A stretch of 59,255 bases of DNA, filler included, from Sphacelaria rigidula (Eukaryota), in the NCBI GenBank assembly GCA_964200075.2. It is 7 parts of 7 records of this genome, joined end to end, with 100 filler letters (N's around TTAATTAATTAA, not from the genome) between each part and the next. Parts side by side here need not be neighbours in the genome. Positions count along the whole stretch, not along the records: positions 16,963 to 25,341 come from CAXNAA020011325.1; positions 25,442 to 33,820 come from CAXNAA020011326.1; positions 33,921 to 42,299 come from CAXNAA020011327.1; 4 more parts are not named here. One strand, written 5' to 3'. The translations under genes and the position numbers were made by a program. The notes under the pieces were generated by a model. The model did no database searches, had not been told where the DNA came from, and saw nothing but the letters and a program-made list of their open reading frames with translations. Shown here piece after piece: positions 24,491-36,759 of the stretch (the first letter of the stretch is position 1; each line of letters opens with the position of its first letter).

Positions 24491-25341
24491 AAAAAAAATT
24501 GGGCAATATCCAAAGAAGGGTACACCTTGGTGCTTTTGGAACGAAAAAGGCTAACGCATTTTTTGCTTTCGGGCACGGCGCAGCACGCGGGCTGAACACC
24601 TCGAAAACACGTTCTAGCGCCTCAGCCCCATCCCCAAGCTGTCTGGGCAGCATGCCCGACTATTTTCGTTTTTCACAAGTGTTACCAGGCTGAACTACGG
24701 CGCCGAAAATGAGAACCTGCGAGAATACCCTTTTTGTAAATAAACCAGGAGAGTACACCCTACCCTCTCCTCAAAAAAATGATCTTACCCTCTTTTGCTT
24801 ACCGGTCAACCCTTTTTTGTGAAGTGGTGACCGTACATCCGGATCAGCAGAAGATAAGGCGAGCAGTCACAACCATGAGCCAGTTTCCGTTAAATAGATT
24901 GCTCTGCTTTGCATCGAGCTGCCAATTTTCTTTTTTCCTTCTCCTTTGTTAGGCTACTTCTCATGTATCGAAAAATATAACTTGTTGAAAAGTGCGTTTT
25001 TTACCCTTCCCCGTCGTTTTTGCCCCGAAAAGAGTGCTGAGCGGATGTTTACACCTTGGAATGACTTGCTCTACTCGCTGACACCGTTCCAGAGCACCTT
25101 TGCGTTTTCCGTAGGTCACAGTTTCGTTCTTGGCCAAAAATTCATTTTCAATAACCAACGGTTGAGTCATCAAAAGCAGGGGAGAAACTGTCATTCGTTT
25201 TATGACTCAACCAAGGATCTGTATATAATATATTTCGGGACACGTAGGCCCCAAGATCGAAAATTCGAGCTTTTGAGGGGGGTGTACTCATGACCATTGA
25301 CCTCGCATCCCTACAAAGCCGGGACGGAGCACGCCGGGTTT

Positions 25342-25441
25342 NNNNNNNNNNNNNNNNNNNNNNNNNNNNNNNNNNNNNNNNNNNNTTAATTAATTAANNN
25401 NNNNNNNNNNNNNNNNNNNNNNNNNNNNNNNNNNNNNNNNN
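25342..25441. other. Artificial contig spacer
   Basis: N44-TTAATTAATTAA-N44. Confidence 0.99.
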
Positions 25442-26209
25442 CTTTTGGGCAATCAGGATAAATAAATCGTGAATTTGGTGATTTTGAGTCGTGATGATTT
25501 GTCCTAACCGTGAACTATTTATCTTATGATTTCGTGTCAACAAATCAATACTATTCTACAGCATGGATGGCAACGTCTTATCCTGACTTCCCTCAATCAG
25601 TTTTGTATGGGTCACACGGATGACACAAGTCACGAGAAGCCTAACATCGAGGCAAGTAAAAAAACAAAACTGATCCCCCCCCCCCCCCCCCCCCTTAACT
25701 TTTCGACGGTTAGCATCGGTTGGTAACGACGCTGTAAAACACGCCACTCACTGCATAAGCTAGGTAGCCAAATTACCGGGCTTTTTTGCTTGAGTTCTGC
25801 GCTCACCATGATCGTGGCCGAGCTAGATCATATTGCGTGAGGTAGGAAAACCTCAACGTCGCGCAAAAGGGACGATCAGACTACGTAGTGTTTAAATCGT
25901 GAGACACTCATGAGGTGGTGTGTAACCCGTGGCTGTCTCTGGAAGTTGTGATACCAGAAAATGAAGCAACTCATTCCAGGCTGCCATCCATACGCGGGAT
26001 AATTAGTACGCTTCGGGCCGAACGGCCTTAGCGGGATGCAGGTCACCCCTCATACGCGAACACACCACGTCGCTTCGTGCGTGGTGACTGATGGCGAGCC
26101 TGGTCCGACGAAAAACCGATGTGCTCCGTCTCGGCTTCGTAGGGACGCGAGGTCAACCGTCTTATGGCTACGGCATGCAAGATCATGAGTACCCCCTCCT
26201 CCCCCCTTC

Positions 26210-26210
<1 letters not shown>

Positions 26211-26250
<40 letters not shown>
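26211..26250. repeat. (AC)n microsatellite
   Basis: Direct reading. Confidence 0.95.
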
Positions 26251-26252
<2 letters not shown>

Positions 26253-26293
26253 CCCACCCGCCACAAACTTGCACATCAAGCTCCGTGTCGTAC

Positions 26294-26837
26294 CTTCTAG
26301 TGCAAGCGACCCCGCATCCATGCGCACGATAGCCTCCCCGGGCCGGGGCACATCCATCACCCTACCCTTGCACCAATAAGCCCTTCCGCTGGAATAATAG
26401 TCCTCGTGCACGACCTGCACTCGAATGTCAAGACAAAGCCAATTCGTTGCACCTCTCTTGCCGCCATCGCCACCCAACTCACTGGGATCATCGGTCACAG
26501 TGCCGTTGACACTACTCGGACGGCCGTCATGTTGGGTTTTTCGGCTGGCTGTGTCTGCGCGGGAGCTTTGTCGATAGGCTTTTCGGTCATCATCAGTATC
26601 GTTTCGCCTGGGGGAGTACTTCGACGACCGGCTGTTGTTACTGTTGTTGCGTTTCGAGGAGGATGCCGCGTAATTGCTGTCCGCTGATCGAGGGTCGACC
26701 TCGTTCTCGGATCCAAAGGAGTGCCGGCTGCTGCCGTTTCTGTGGTTACTGTTTTGTCGCTGGTCGCGCTTCTTCTCTCGCTTTGAACATCTGCCCTTTA
26801 AGGACCACTTGCTCTTCTTGTCGTGCTTTGGTCGTTG
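26294..26837 (-). CDS. Exon or pseudo-exon of a GPKOW/MOS2- or KIN17-like KOW-domain protein
   Basis: An open frame with an R/S/D-rich tract is followed by NWLCLDIRVQVVHEDYYSSGRAYWCKGRVMDVPRPGEAIVRMDAGSLALEG, matching W...IRV..V......G..Y..KG.V.DV. It ends at a donor GAAG|GTACGA (26294/26293). The 5' boundary is uncertain (in-frame TAG at 26840-26838). Confidence 0.6.
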
Positions 26838-27209
26838 CTAGCGCTACTGCCGCCGTCGCCCTTTTCTATTTTGCCAACGTTCAAGCGTCGGACGAATCAG
26901 AGTTCATAGGGGTTGGTTCCCTCGTGATCGTTGAGTGTCATCCATGTGCCAGAGAGTCATCACGTAATCACGGAGGGTAAAGTTGTACGTTCGAGGCAGT
27001 ACCGCACAACTTACGAACGGGATGTGTGCGCTCGAAAAAGTGTGGCACCAAACACGATTACCAAGTTTGTACGAATCACTGGCGGCGAAAAAACATCAAT
27101 TTGACTCACGGTGCACGAATCGCGAGGAGGGGAATATGAACGCATAATTCATGCCGTATAGATGACAGATGTGAAACACGTACGATGATTCATGCCGTAT
27201 GGATGACAG

Positions 27210-27462
27210 TGTTCATGTGAACAGGTACACTGAGTGAACATGCACACGTGCGGATGGAATGATGCGGACGTGCGGGTACTGGTAGTCGAGTGTGTGTGAC
27301 TACAGCATCCCGCTCATGGTAGCTACCGAGCTGCCATGAGCCCTCTCTCTCAACATCTGATCCCTCGGTCATAGGGTCGACTCAATCTAGGCACTCTCCA
27401 ATAATACAAGAAATAAAACTATCTATCCTTCGCCACGGGCCACGGAATACACTAGTGTTACA
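27210..27462 (+). repeat. 5' LTR (TG...CA, 253 bp)
   Basis: TGTTCATGTGAACAGG...TGTTACA. The first 90 or so bases recur at 33200-33290. Confidence 0.85.
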
Positions 27463-28208
27463 ACCGGTTGGGCAGAATGGCACAAGAGGGTGATAGGCCT
27501 GCTACAGTTATCGGTGAGCAGGGTGTTACAGAGGAGTTGCGGGAGGTACGTAGTCATATAAGTTCCTTGGCTCAGCTCATCTGTGATATGCTGCTAAGCC
27601 AAGCTACATTACAGAGTAACATGGCTAACCTGAGGACAGTAAGAGAGGCCGGGGGCGCAGAAAACAACGGCGTCCTCGATAGTGAAGGTTCCCACAGAGA
27701 ACGAGGGGAATTCAACATAAATAGGACAGCAGAATGGCGTGGCGCTGGAGTTCGACGAGAGCGACGGTACATCGGGAGCCAAGCTGTTCCAGAGGACGGA
27801 GCGCGCGACGACATGGACAACGAGGCCACCAGTGACGAAGCCAGGGGCTTTGTCCCCGCACGTGAGTCAATTCAACTTAATGATACAAGTGAAAATGTGT
27901 CAGAAGTTCCCGCTTTTCGACATAACGTCCCAAAATGTTCAGGGAAGAGCGCTGATTATGCTCGGTACAGGCACGAACTGGTCAACTTCGCAAGGGGCGA
28001 AGGAATTGACTGGATGTTCACCATGGCCGGCAATAGTTCTTACGATGTAGATGTAGGTAATCCTGAGATAGCGATGGGGTATCTAGAAAACGGACATGGG
28101 AAGGACACAGTGGCAGCCAACGTAAGGGCCAGACGAATGCTTGTAGCTAGTTCAAAAGGAAGGAGGGAGCAAGATATTTTGGTCAGAACCCGCTCACCTA
28201 CTGCGGTT

Positions 28209-29478
28209 GGAGAAAACTCGAGGTCAGGAACAGGGTCAGGGTTACCACCGGCTAGGGTTGGCCAAGACTGGGGAACAAAAAAAAGTATTTTGGCGACCAG
28301 CTCGCACGAATGCGCGCGCGACGGGGAGCCGATGGGTACCTGCTTTTGACATTCCCACTTTGTTTTCGGGGTCCCGGGGCGAATGCTCTTTTTGTACGTA
28401 ACTCCCCGAGGAAATCGCGTTGGGCGCTACACCTGGTACCAAACGACGCGTATCAACGAGAGCTTTCACGTGATACCCGGTTTGTGGAAATCGGAGTCCT
28501 TGGAGGCGAGTTAGGCCCGTTTGAGTGTTTCGGTCACTGTCCGGTACGAAAGAGCGCCCGTACTGTAGCCAAATGATTAGTTACGTCACTCTAAGTTCAA
28601 GTGATCGGTACGGGGGGTCGATACGTTCGCGTGAGTCGACCCGCGCCCGGCTGGCGGCGACGTGGTGGCGGTCTGCGGTCGATCTGGTGTCGGTCGGGAG
28701 GAGCGGCGTCGCGCCCGGTCTAGGGTTAGCGGTCGGCGCGCGGGTTCGGGGGCTCTACAATTGAAGTGATCTGAATCGATCTAGATCACTTTCGGAGGTG
28801 ATCTGTGCGATCTAGATCACTTTTTCGGCGATTTGAGGGTTCCGGATCCGGTCGCGCGCGCTATTATCTTGATTTCAGAGGGGAACACTGTAGCCAAGTG
28901 GTTATGAACCCCTTACTTAGATCAATTGAAGTGATCTGAAGTGGTTCAGATCAGATTCAGATCCGATCTGTTCGGTCTGGATCACCTTTTCGATGATCTG
29001 CGCATTTGTCTTGATTTTAGTGTGGTAGTCTTAGGTCAAGTGATTACGAAACCCATACTTAGATCAAGTGAAGTGATCTGAAGCGGTTCAGATCAAGATC
29101 AGATCTGATCTGATCGATCTAGATCAATTGTTCCGAGAGTTTCGGCGGCGGGTCGGCTCGCGCGCGCGTTTCGGGGCCCTGCACTGAGACCAAGTGACTT
29201 TCGGGCGGCCGTTTTGACGGCGTTCGACCCCCCGGGCCCCGCGGCACCCGACGGCGCGGAGAAAGTTCGGGGTCAGCAACAGGGTTAGGGTTACCACCGG
29301 CTAGGGTTGGCCAAGGGTTGGCCAAGGGTTGGCCAAAAAAAAAGTATTTTGGCGAACGGCTCGCACGAATGCGCGCGCGACGGGGAGCCGATGGGTACCT
29401 GCTTTTGACATTCCCACTTTGTCTTCGGGGTCCCAAGGCAAATGCTTTTTTTGTACGTAACTCCCCGATGAAATTGCG
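28209..29478. mobile_element. 1.27-kb non-coding insertion in gag, bounded by direct repeats of about 210-220 bp
   Basis: 28209-28419 matches 29258-29478. The gag reading resumes after it (DVFRPKTNGARTALLEKF). The interior is GATC-rich with degenerate repeats of about 145 bp. Confidence 0.85.
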
Positions 29479-32400
29479 GATGTCTTTCGCCCTAAAACAA
29501 ATGGGGCGAGAACCGCTTTGTTGGAAAAGTTTGATGGAATCAAGATCGGTGTTCGGGATGATCCAGAGCAGAAGCTTCTCGAGATGGAGGAACTTGCACG
29601 TAACCTGAACTCGTACGAGGAGCATGAACGACTAAGCGAAAACCATATTCTCCTGAAATTCTTCAACGCGTTGCCTTTCGAGTATCACATCTAGAAGCAA
29701 TTGCTCGAGGATCGAGAGGGACCGCTGACACGGGACGTTGTGTTGACTTCGATTCGAAAGCGTTTCGAATCAACATCTTTGAAACAGGAACTTGCCCGGG
29801 GAAAAAAGTCATCCCCGGGCGACCAGGCTCTCCTTGCTGGGGGTGGGACCGGAAAACCGAGCGGTGCTCACCGCAAGGGGAAACCGGAAAAATCCCAGGG
29901 CTCTGGCCAGAAAAATGGCGGGAGCCAGAGTTCGAGTAGCTCTGGGTCGGCATCGTCGGACCGCAAACCGGCGACTGAGCAGCTGCTCCGCTGCCACGTT
30001 TGCGACGAGAACACGACGCATCGGGCCAGGAACTGCCCGAAGAGATACTGCGGGAGGTGCGGCCAGCAGGGGCATACGTTCTGGGACTGCCCGAGATCAA
30101 CAGAGAAGAAAACAGACGCGGTGATGGCGATGGGCACGGCCGATGACAGCGACAGCTCCTCCGTCTGTTCGGTGGCGGATGGGGAGGCTTTCACCTCTCT
30201 TGACACCACCATCAACGGCAACCTAGGCGAGTATGCATTGAGTGTTGAGCGGGCGGGTGATACTCAGCAGGGTGAGGGCGAACCGTGGATATTTGACACG
30301 GGGGCTACCCAGCATTTCTCCCACGATTCCCAGATGATGGAGTACAGAGAGTGCAAGGGTAGGGTACTACGGTGCGCGGGAGGTAGTACTTACCCGATCG
30401 TAGGCAGAGGAAATGTGTGTCTTGCCTTCAGATCTGACGGACAGGATGTAATCCTAAAACTGGTGGATGTTGACCATGTACCTGGTGTCCGTCATCACCT
30501 CTTGTCACTAACGAGGGTCCAATACATGGGACACACCTACACTGGTTTTCGTGATGGTTTCAGGGTAGATCTCAATTCAGGCAATAGACTGATGATACCC
30601 GGACAACCACGTCAACTCAGAATGTACGCCCGCCGCCTCAATCAAAGTGGTAGTGGCAAGTGTGCTTCGGCATATTATGCTGTTATTGCCCCGGGGGCTC
30701 CGCCTAGCCCCCAGACCGCTGTCATCAACGAGTTCCACTGTTCCCACGCTCACGTCCACGAGGATTTACTGAGGAAGACGGCGAAGCAGCAGGGAAAGCA
30801 GCTGGCTGGGGAGCTGCAGCCCTGCCGCGGCTGCTCAGAGCCGAAGGGACTGCGGGCACCGATTCCAAGATCGACGCACACGAGAGCAGCGAAGTCAGCG
30901 TCTAGGGTGTTCGAAGATCTTTCCGGGCCGAAACCTGTCAAGCCTGACGGGGGAAAGTCGTACACGATGATTGTCCGAGATGATCACTCACGGCACACAA
31001 AGCTGTATTTCCTCCGTAAGAAGGATGGGGCAGAGAGATACTTCGCGAAATCCATTGCATGGGTCTCTCCGAGAAAAATTGAGATAGTCCGTAGCGATGA
31101 CGGGGGTGAATTTTCGGAGGGTGCATTCGGTGAACTGGCGGGAATGGCGGAGGACAAACGCTCAACCATGGAGCTGATCACCGCGGCAGCAGGACAGGTG
31201 GCTGGGCAAGACGCAATCGTTTCGACTCAACACGATTTAGCTGAAAACGAGATTTTTTGTTTTGTCGCTGAGGAAAACAGGGTAGGGCGGCCTGAATTCA
31301 GTTTGCGTTCACCAGTTGGCCTACACGTGAGCGAAATAGAGGCAACACCAACCAGTGTGGATGACATTGCCAAGTCAAAGTTTCGAGAGGCATAGTTAGG
31401 CGCGATACAGGCCGATCTAGGAGGTCACGAAAAGGCTGGAACATTTTCGACTGGCCCTGTACCGGAAGCAGCAAACGTGATTTCAGCGAAGTGGGTTTTT
31501 AGTTGGAAGACTGACGCAGATGGTACTGTAACGAAGGCAAAGGTAAGGTTGGTAGCGCGAGGATTTGGACAACGTTTTGCAGTCGACTATTTCGAGACTT
31601 TCGCGGCAACGCCCTCCCTGGCCTCCATCAAACTGGTCATGGCCGTGGTAGTTCAGGAAGAGTGGCAGCTATACCATTTTGATGTGACACAGGCTTTTGT
31701 TCAACAAGCGGAAATGGACACTGATGTGTACATGAGATTGCCTGAAGGATGCTCTATTCTGACAGACGTGACCGTGAAGCTTGAAAAATCTATTTACGAG
31801 ATCAAGCAAGCGGGCAGGCAGTGGCCTCGTCTTCTGTGTAAAACTTAACTAGAGGATGTCGGGATGGTGCAGTGCGAAGCTGATCGATATGTTTTTAAGA
31901 TGGAGGATGCAGGAGAAGTACGTGTGATTTTAGTTGTCCATGTGGACGACATCCTCATCAGTGGTACTGAGGAATATGTAGGAAAGGTGGGCAAACTCCT
32001 CAACAAAAAGTTCCCCACGAACAATCTAGGAGAAGTAACCTGGTACATGGGGTGCGCGGTGGATAGAGGCTGGGATAGATGCACGCAGTCTGTGACGCAA
32101 ACCACGTTCACGTACACGCTCCTGAAGCGTTTTGAGGTGAGGGGGTACTCGGAAATCCCTGCCTCTGTTTCTGTAAAGTTGGGGCCGACGACGGGCGAAG
32201 ACAAGAAGGTGAATCGCCCATACCGTAACGCAGTGGGGGGGTTGATGTGGCTGGCAACAGTCACCAGACCCGACATCGCGAATTCAGTACGAGCGCTTGC
32301 TCGGCAGTCGCATGACCCATGCGAGAGGCACTGGGAAGCTGTTGTGAAAGTGTTGAAGTACCCCAATGAGACGAAGGGTTTTGGACTTACGTTCAAGAAA

Positions 32401-33199
32401 GGTCACGATAGGCTTTCAATTTTTTTGCGATGCAGATTACAGGAAAAAGGAAACAGATAGGCGCTCGGTATCAGGGGTAGTCGTGATGTACGGTGGTGTG
32501 GTTGTGTTGGTGACGAGCCGCACGCAACACTGCGCAACTCTGTCGACTACGGAAGCAGAGTATGTTGCGATGGCCGAGGGGGCAAAGGAGGGATTGTTTG
32601 TGAAGGCAGTATTCACGTTCATGCGACCGCAGATTGTGTCGGGAAAGAGGGAAAACCAAGGTATTGTTTTGTACGAGGATAACGAGGGAGCAAAAGCTCT
32701 GGCCGAGAATCTTCTCAGCTCCGAAAGGAGTAAGCACATAGACGTGAGATATCACTTCATTCGAGAGAGCTGGTGGGGACGGAAAAGATCAGGGTTGTAC
32801 ATGTAGGCTCAGGATGGCAGCATGCAGATATTTTGGCGAGGCCTCTTTCGATCAGCCTGTTTACGAGGCACAGACGTATTTCGATGAACTTGAAAGGTGA
32901 AAAGTAGGTACGACTTTTTGTGTGTACCATTGTGCTCGTGCCGGGTATTTTGAGAATTTCGAGTGATGCATTTATGCGGATTTTGGGTGAAGCCACCCAC
33001 GCTACTTCGAGGGGCATGGGTTTTGTCGGGCGTTTCCCGACATGTCGTGTATCTGCCTTAACCGGCGCCCATGGATTGTCTAGATGGAGCACAAGCTGTT
33101 GAGGGGAGGGGGGTTTTGCCCAGATGGCCGGGTTTCCCCCTCGAAAAGTTTTTTTTTGAGAGGAAAAGCCACGACGACTGATGTACCGGTTCAGAGGGG

Positions 33200-33290
33200 G
33201 TACATGTGAACAGGTACACTGAGCGAACAGGCACACGTGCGGTTAGAATGATGCGGACGTGCGGGTACTGGTAGTCGAGTGTGTGTGACT
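33200..33290 (+). repeat. 3' LTR, 5' part (interrupted by a nested insertion)
   Basis: Near-identical to 27212-27301. Confidence 0.85.
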
Positions 33291-33820
33291 TGTAGCCAAA
33301 ATACACCAAGGCGTAGTAGATATTGATGCGTAGGATCCTGGATGATGACCAGGAGACGAGGGCATCCTGTGGATGATGATCCTTGCTATGTAGCCTAAGC
33401 CTGAAGGTACAATTCGTGGCTGCTCACTTCGAAAACCGAGTACAAGAATCGCGCAGCAGAGCGAAGCGCTGGAGGTGCAACACCCATTTGATGTCGCGTA
33501 TACCCATTGGCCGAATGGTTCTGAAGCAATGGTCATGCTATTGTTTTGGTCGATTGAAATGGGTTCGGTGCTGAAGAAAGCACGTAGAAGTCTCTTCGAA
33601 AGATATGTTTTTGCGCCTGAATTCGTTGCGCAGGAATTGCGTAAACTGAGGTTGACTCGGGCGCTGACAAGGGAATTAGCGTCGGAGTATGGCATTTCTT
33701 TGTGATTTGGAGCATGCGAATTCGCCTTGGTTTTTGTTGGTCGTCAAGCTCGTTCGTTTGTCTTGAACTCGCTTTGGGGGTGCTGTAGCCAAAATACACC
33801 AAGGCGTAGTAGATATAGCA
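33291..33820 (+). mobile_element. Nested, internally deleted LTR element inside the copia 3' LTR
   Basis: TGTAGCCAAAATACACCAAGGCGTAGTAGATAT occurs at 33291 and 33784. The second copy is preceded by a PPT-like GGGGGTGC. Confidence 0.7.
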
Positions 33821-33920
33821 NNNNNNNNNNNNNNNNNNNNNNNNNNNNNNNNNNNNNNNNNNNNTTAATTAATTAANNNNNNNNNNNNNNNNNNNNNNNN
33901 NNNNNNNNNNNNNNNNNNNN
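33821..33920. other. Artificial contig spacer
   Basis: N44-TTAATTAATTAA-N44. Confidence 0.99.
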
Positions 33921-35234
33921 AGGCACGACAGTGCACCCGCCGAACGTGCAGTAGGTGCTGCGCGTTTGAAACAACGATACAGGGCAGCTGCTTGCCCTGT
34001 GACAGCCGAGAAACATGTGTCTGCCCGAGGGGACAGGCACGACAGTGCACCCGCCGAACGTGCAGTCAGTAGGGCGCGTCTTAAACCACGATACAGGGCA
34101 GCTGTTTCCATTGTGAGGAGCGGGAAGGATACACAGCACGTGTCTGTCAAAGCGGGTAGACATGAGAGCACGCCGGCCGACAGTTCCACGATAAGCATTT
34201 GTTTGGATGCTGCTGGTATTGCTGTTGGAGAGGGCGAATATGTCACTCAGCTCGAGCAGACCGCAGGCAGCGTAGCAGCCGCTGTTGCCGTTCAGGAGTG
34301 CGCCGAGCAGGAGGTGTTGGCTGAAGCGGGGATATTTGATCCAGCCGCTGCTGCCGCTGCTGTTGGAAGCGCGAAGCCAACTTGCTCAGATGAGCTAGCG
34401 CTGAGCGGCAAAGGTCCAGGTTACTTGTGGCCGCCGGACCAGAGAGTGATTGGGGACACACCTTGCATGCTCACCACTGCAAGGGGGTGTTATCTTCGTG
34501 ATGAGAGTGAGCAGAGCAGGCTTGAGGCTTACGATGCTCAGGGTGAATCTATCTGCTCCAGTGATACGGCGAGAGATCGTTTAGATGATTCGCAGGGGTG
34601 TCTGCTGGAAGGACAGGTGGATGCCGGGTTCGCGGAATTGCCGCCGGAGTAGCGCGTAGCTGTGGACACGCCTTGCATGATCAAAACAATAGGAGTGTGT
34701 GACCCGCGTGAAGCGGGCACGCAGAGCGAGCTGCAAGCACGTGATGCTGTTAGCGATCACACTTCTGACGGCGACGACGAACGTCGCGTGGTGTTGGCGT
34801 GGTCGTGTGCACTGCTGTATGCATGGACAGTTTTGGCGTATTTGGCGGCGTCGATTGCGGTGTCTTTGCCGCTGTACGGTCAGGTGCTGGAGGAGGATGG
34901 CGTGATGCCATCGGGAGGAGTTGCTGTGCGGGACTGTATGGATGTTCCCGTTCCGCCTCTTATTTCCTCTGTAAAAGCGACTGAAGAACGAGCGTTCGTG
35001 AATGCGCAAGCATCTGTGGGGGCGGAGGATTTGTCGCATTGGTTTAGCGGTGCGAATATACCTTTTAGAGGCGTGTTGAGCTACACCATGGGGGTGCCAG
35101 GTGTAGCTAGACTGAGGGTGCAAGGAGGGAGTGTCCGAGAGGAAAGGGTGCTCTACACTGTGCACGGGGTTGTGGTTCGAGTGCTGCTGTTTCTCAGGAG
35201 CGGGCGGGAGGACTACAAAGAAGGCATTACCTGA
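33921..35234 (+). pseudogene. Accessory ORF of the LTR element (38-aa repeats, acidic region, hydrophobic segment), with one internal stop
   Basis: ORFs 33966-34652 and 34662-35234 are in the same frame, separated by a TAG where copy 1 has CAG. Confidence 0.55.
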
Positions 35235-36514
35235 GGTGTTTGCTGTTGTGGTGAGCGTCGAGTTGGGTGATGATGTTGAGGAGCAAGTGCTGAGGTGATT
35301 GAGTGCTTGTTGAGAATGAGGAGAGACATTATGACTGGTATTCGCGAATCGTTTTGAGAATGATTTCAGCTTGTTATTGAGTGGTTTGTGGTCATGCTTG
35401 CGCATGAAACATGGGTGTTGAGCGAGTATGATCGTATCGCGTGTGCAGGGTAAAACTGGCGTACACATGGATATTTGGCATGCGCGTGTTGTGCTGATGT
35501 GGTTGGCATGGACGATGCATGGCGTTTACTGCGAGAAAGGTGGCATTGCATGTGCTGAGTGAAATATTGGCATGCATGTGCGGATTTCATATGCTGAATG
35601 GAAATTTGGTAGGCATGTGCGAATTTTTGCTCGAATGGTACTGATATGAATGGTATCTGGTGACGACCTAGGGTGGGGCAGGTTTCAATATATTGCTGTA
35701 TGCTAAATGAAGTGAAGCTCGTATAATTTTGTTCGCGCAGGAACGCAGTCGAACCATATTTGTGCGGTTTACGCGCATTGACTGCCGGATATATGGATTG
35801 CTTGCTGTTAGCGTGAAAATGAACAGAAATATACGAAATGCTTAGGCTCGTCGCCGTTGTTGGATTGGTATACATGGCTTGAAAAGCGGTTTGAGCCATG
35901 GCTTTCCTTTGATTGTCTTCATGAAATGAAGGCAAGTTGAAGCGTTGAAGCTTTGACGGCGGGGAGGCATGCGATGCATACGTTTTTTACGGGGTTGTAG
36001 AAGCAAGAGGCCAGGTGCGTTTTAGACGCGTTGGGTGCCTATTTCCTTCTAGCGTGGGGATGATGTATCATTTGGCTGTTGCACTCCGTTGCGCACGTGT
36101 TGAACGTACAAAGAGTGAATTTTTTATGTTGAGAAGTACCTTGTCTCGGATGAGAGGGACGATGAGTCACGAATGCTCTGGAATTTAACGTTCGCTGACG
36201 TTTCCGGTTTCGTGCCGATGAAGAGTCAAGAGACTTGTTTTGGGTGAAGATTTGAGAATTCGGCGCTATCTCTTGCTTTGTAACTCGAAGTGGTGCAAGT
36301 AGCGTCATTGCATCTTCATGATGGACGACAATTTCTCGGCATATTTTGCGAGTTGTTCGGAAGTGGGGCACGCTTATCTAGAGCTGTTGTCGAAAGCAGC
36401 GGAAGAGATTGCTACTCTTTGCGGAAAACGAAAGTACTGTCAGGCACCAATGATGTCTGAGTTTGTCAAGCTCTGATGTAACTACTTGTTGGTAGTAGAG
36501 AGCTTTGGGGATGC

Positions 36515-36748
36515 TGTAGACTCTAGTGACCATTGTTACCTAAAGTCAGGGACATTTTAGGTGGAGTTGCGGGTCTGAGTGCCGGACTCTGTGGTGGTGA
36601 CCTCCATGAGGAGTAGAGCCGGTTTTGCTACTCTGGTGGAGAGAGGCTATGGTCCTGTTCTCCTGTACTATGCTGAGGGTTAATATATAAATAACTAAAG
36701 CTGCTAAAGTCCACACGGCAATCTGGTCTTGAGTAACAGAAGTCTACA
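36515..36748 (+). repeat. 3' LTR, 234 bp
   Basis: TGTAGA...TCTACA termini. Homologous to 5176-5432. Confidence 0.8.
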
Positions 36749-36759
36749 GGCCCAGGACA

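Larger units (their letters stand above)
27210..33290 (+). mobile_element. Near full-length decayed Ty1/copia retrotransposon with both LTRs
   Basis: gag from 27468; two Zn knuckles (CHVCDENTTHRARNC, CGRCGQQGHTFWDC); WIFDTGATQH; integrase DLSGP/RDDHSR/RSDDGGEF, deleted after about 31135; RT ISAKWVF..KVRLVARGFGQ..VHVDD; RNase H DADY..LSTTEAEYVA..RSKHIDVRYHFIRE; PPT AGAGGGGG at 33193. Confidence 0.95.
33921..36748 (+). mobile_element. 3' region of an LTR retrotransposon, copy 2
   Basis: Homologous to 5176-8381. 3' LTR at 36515-36748 (TGTAGA...TCTACA) follows GGGGATGC. Confidence 0.8.

Noticed and set aside
18410-31135. Complementation between the two copias (one lacks the integrase N-half, the other the C-half)
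   Set aside because: They are different families on unlinked contigs, and both carry many stops and frameshifts.
5176-36748. Giant inverted repeat or invertible segment formed by 5176-8381 and 33921-36748
   Set aside because: The copies lie on different, arbitrarily ordered contigs and are diverged. They are dispersed TE copies.
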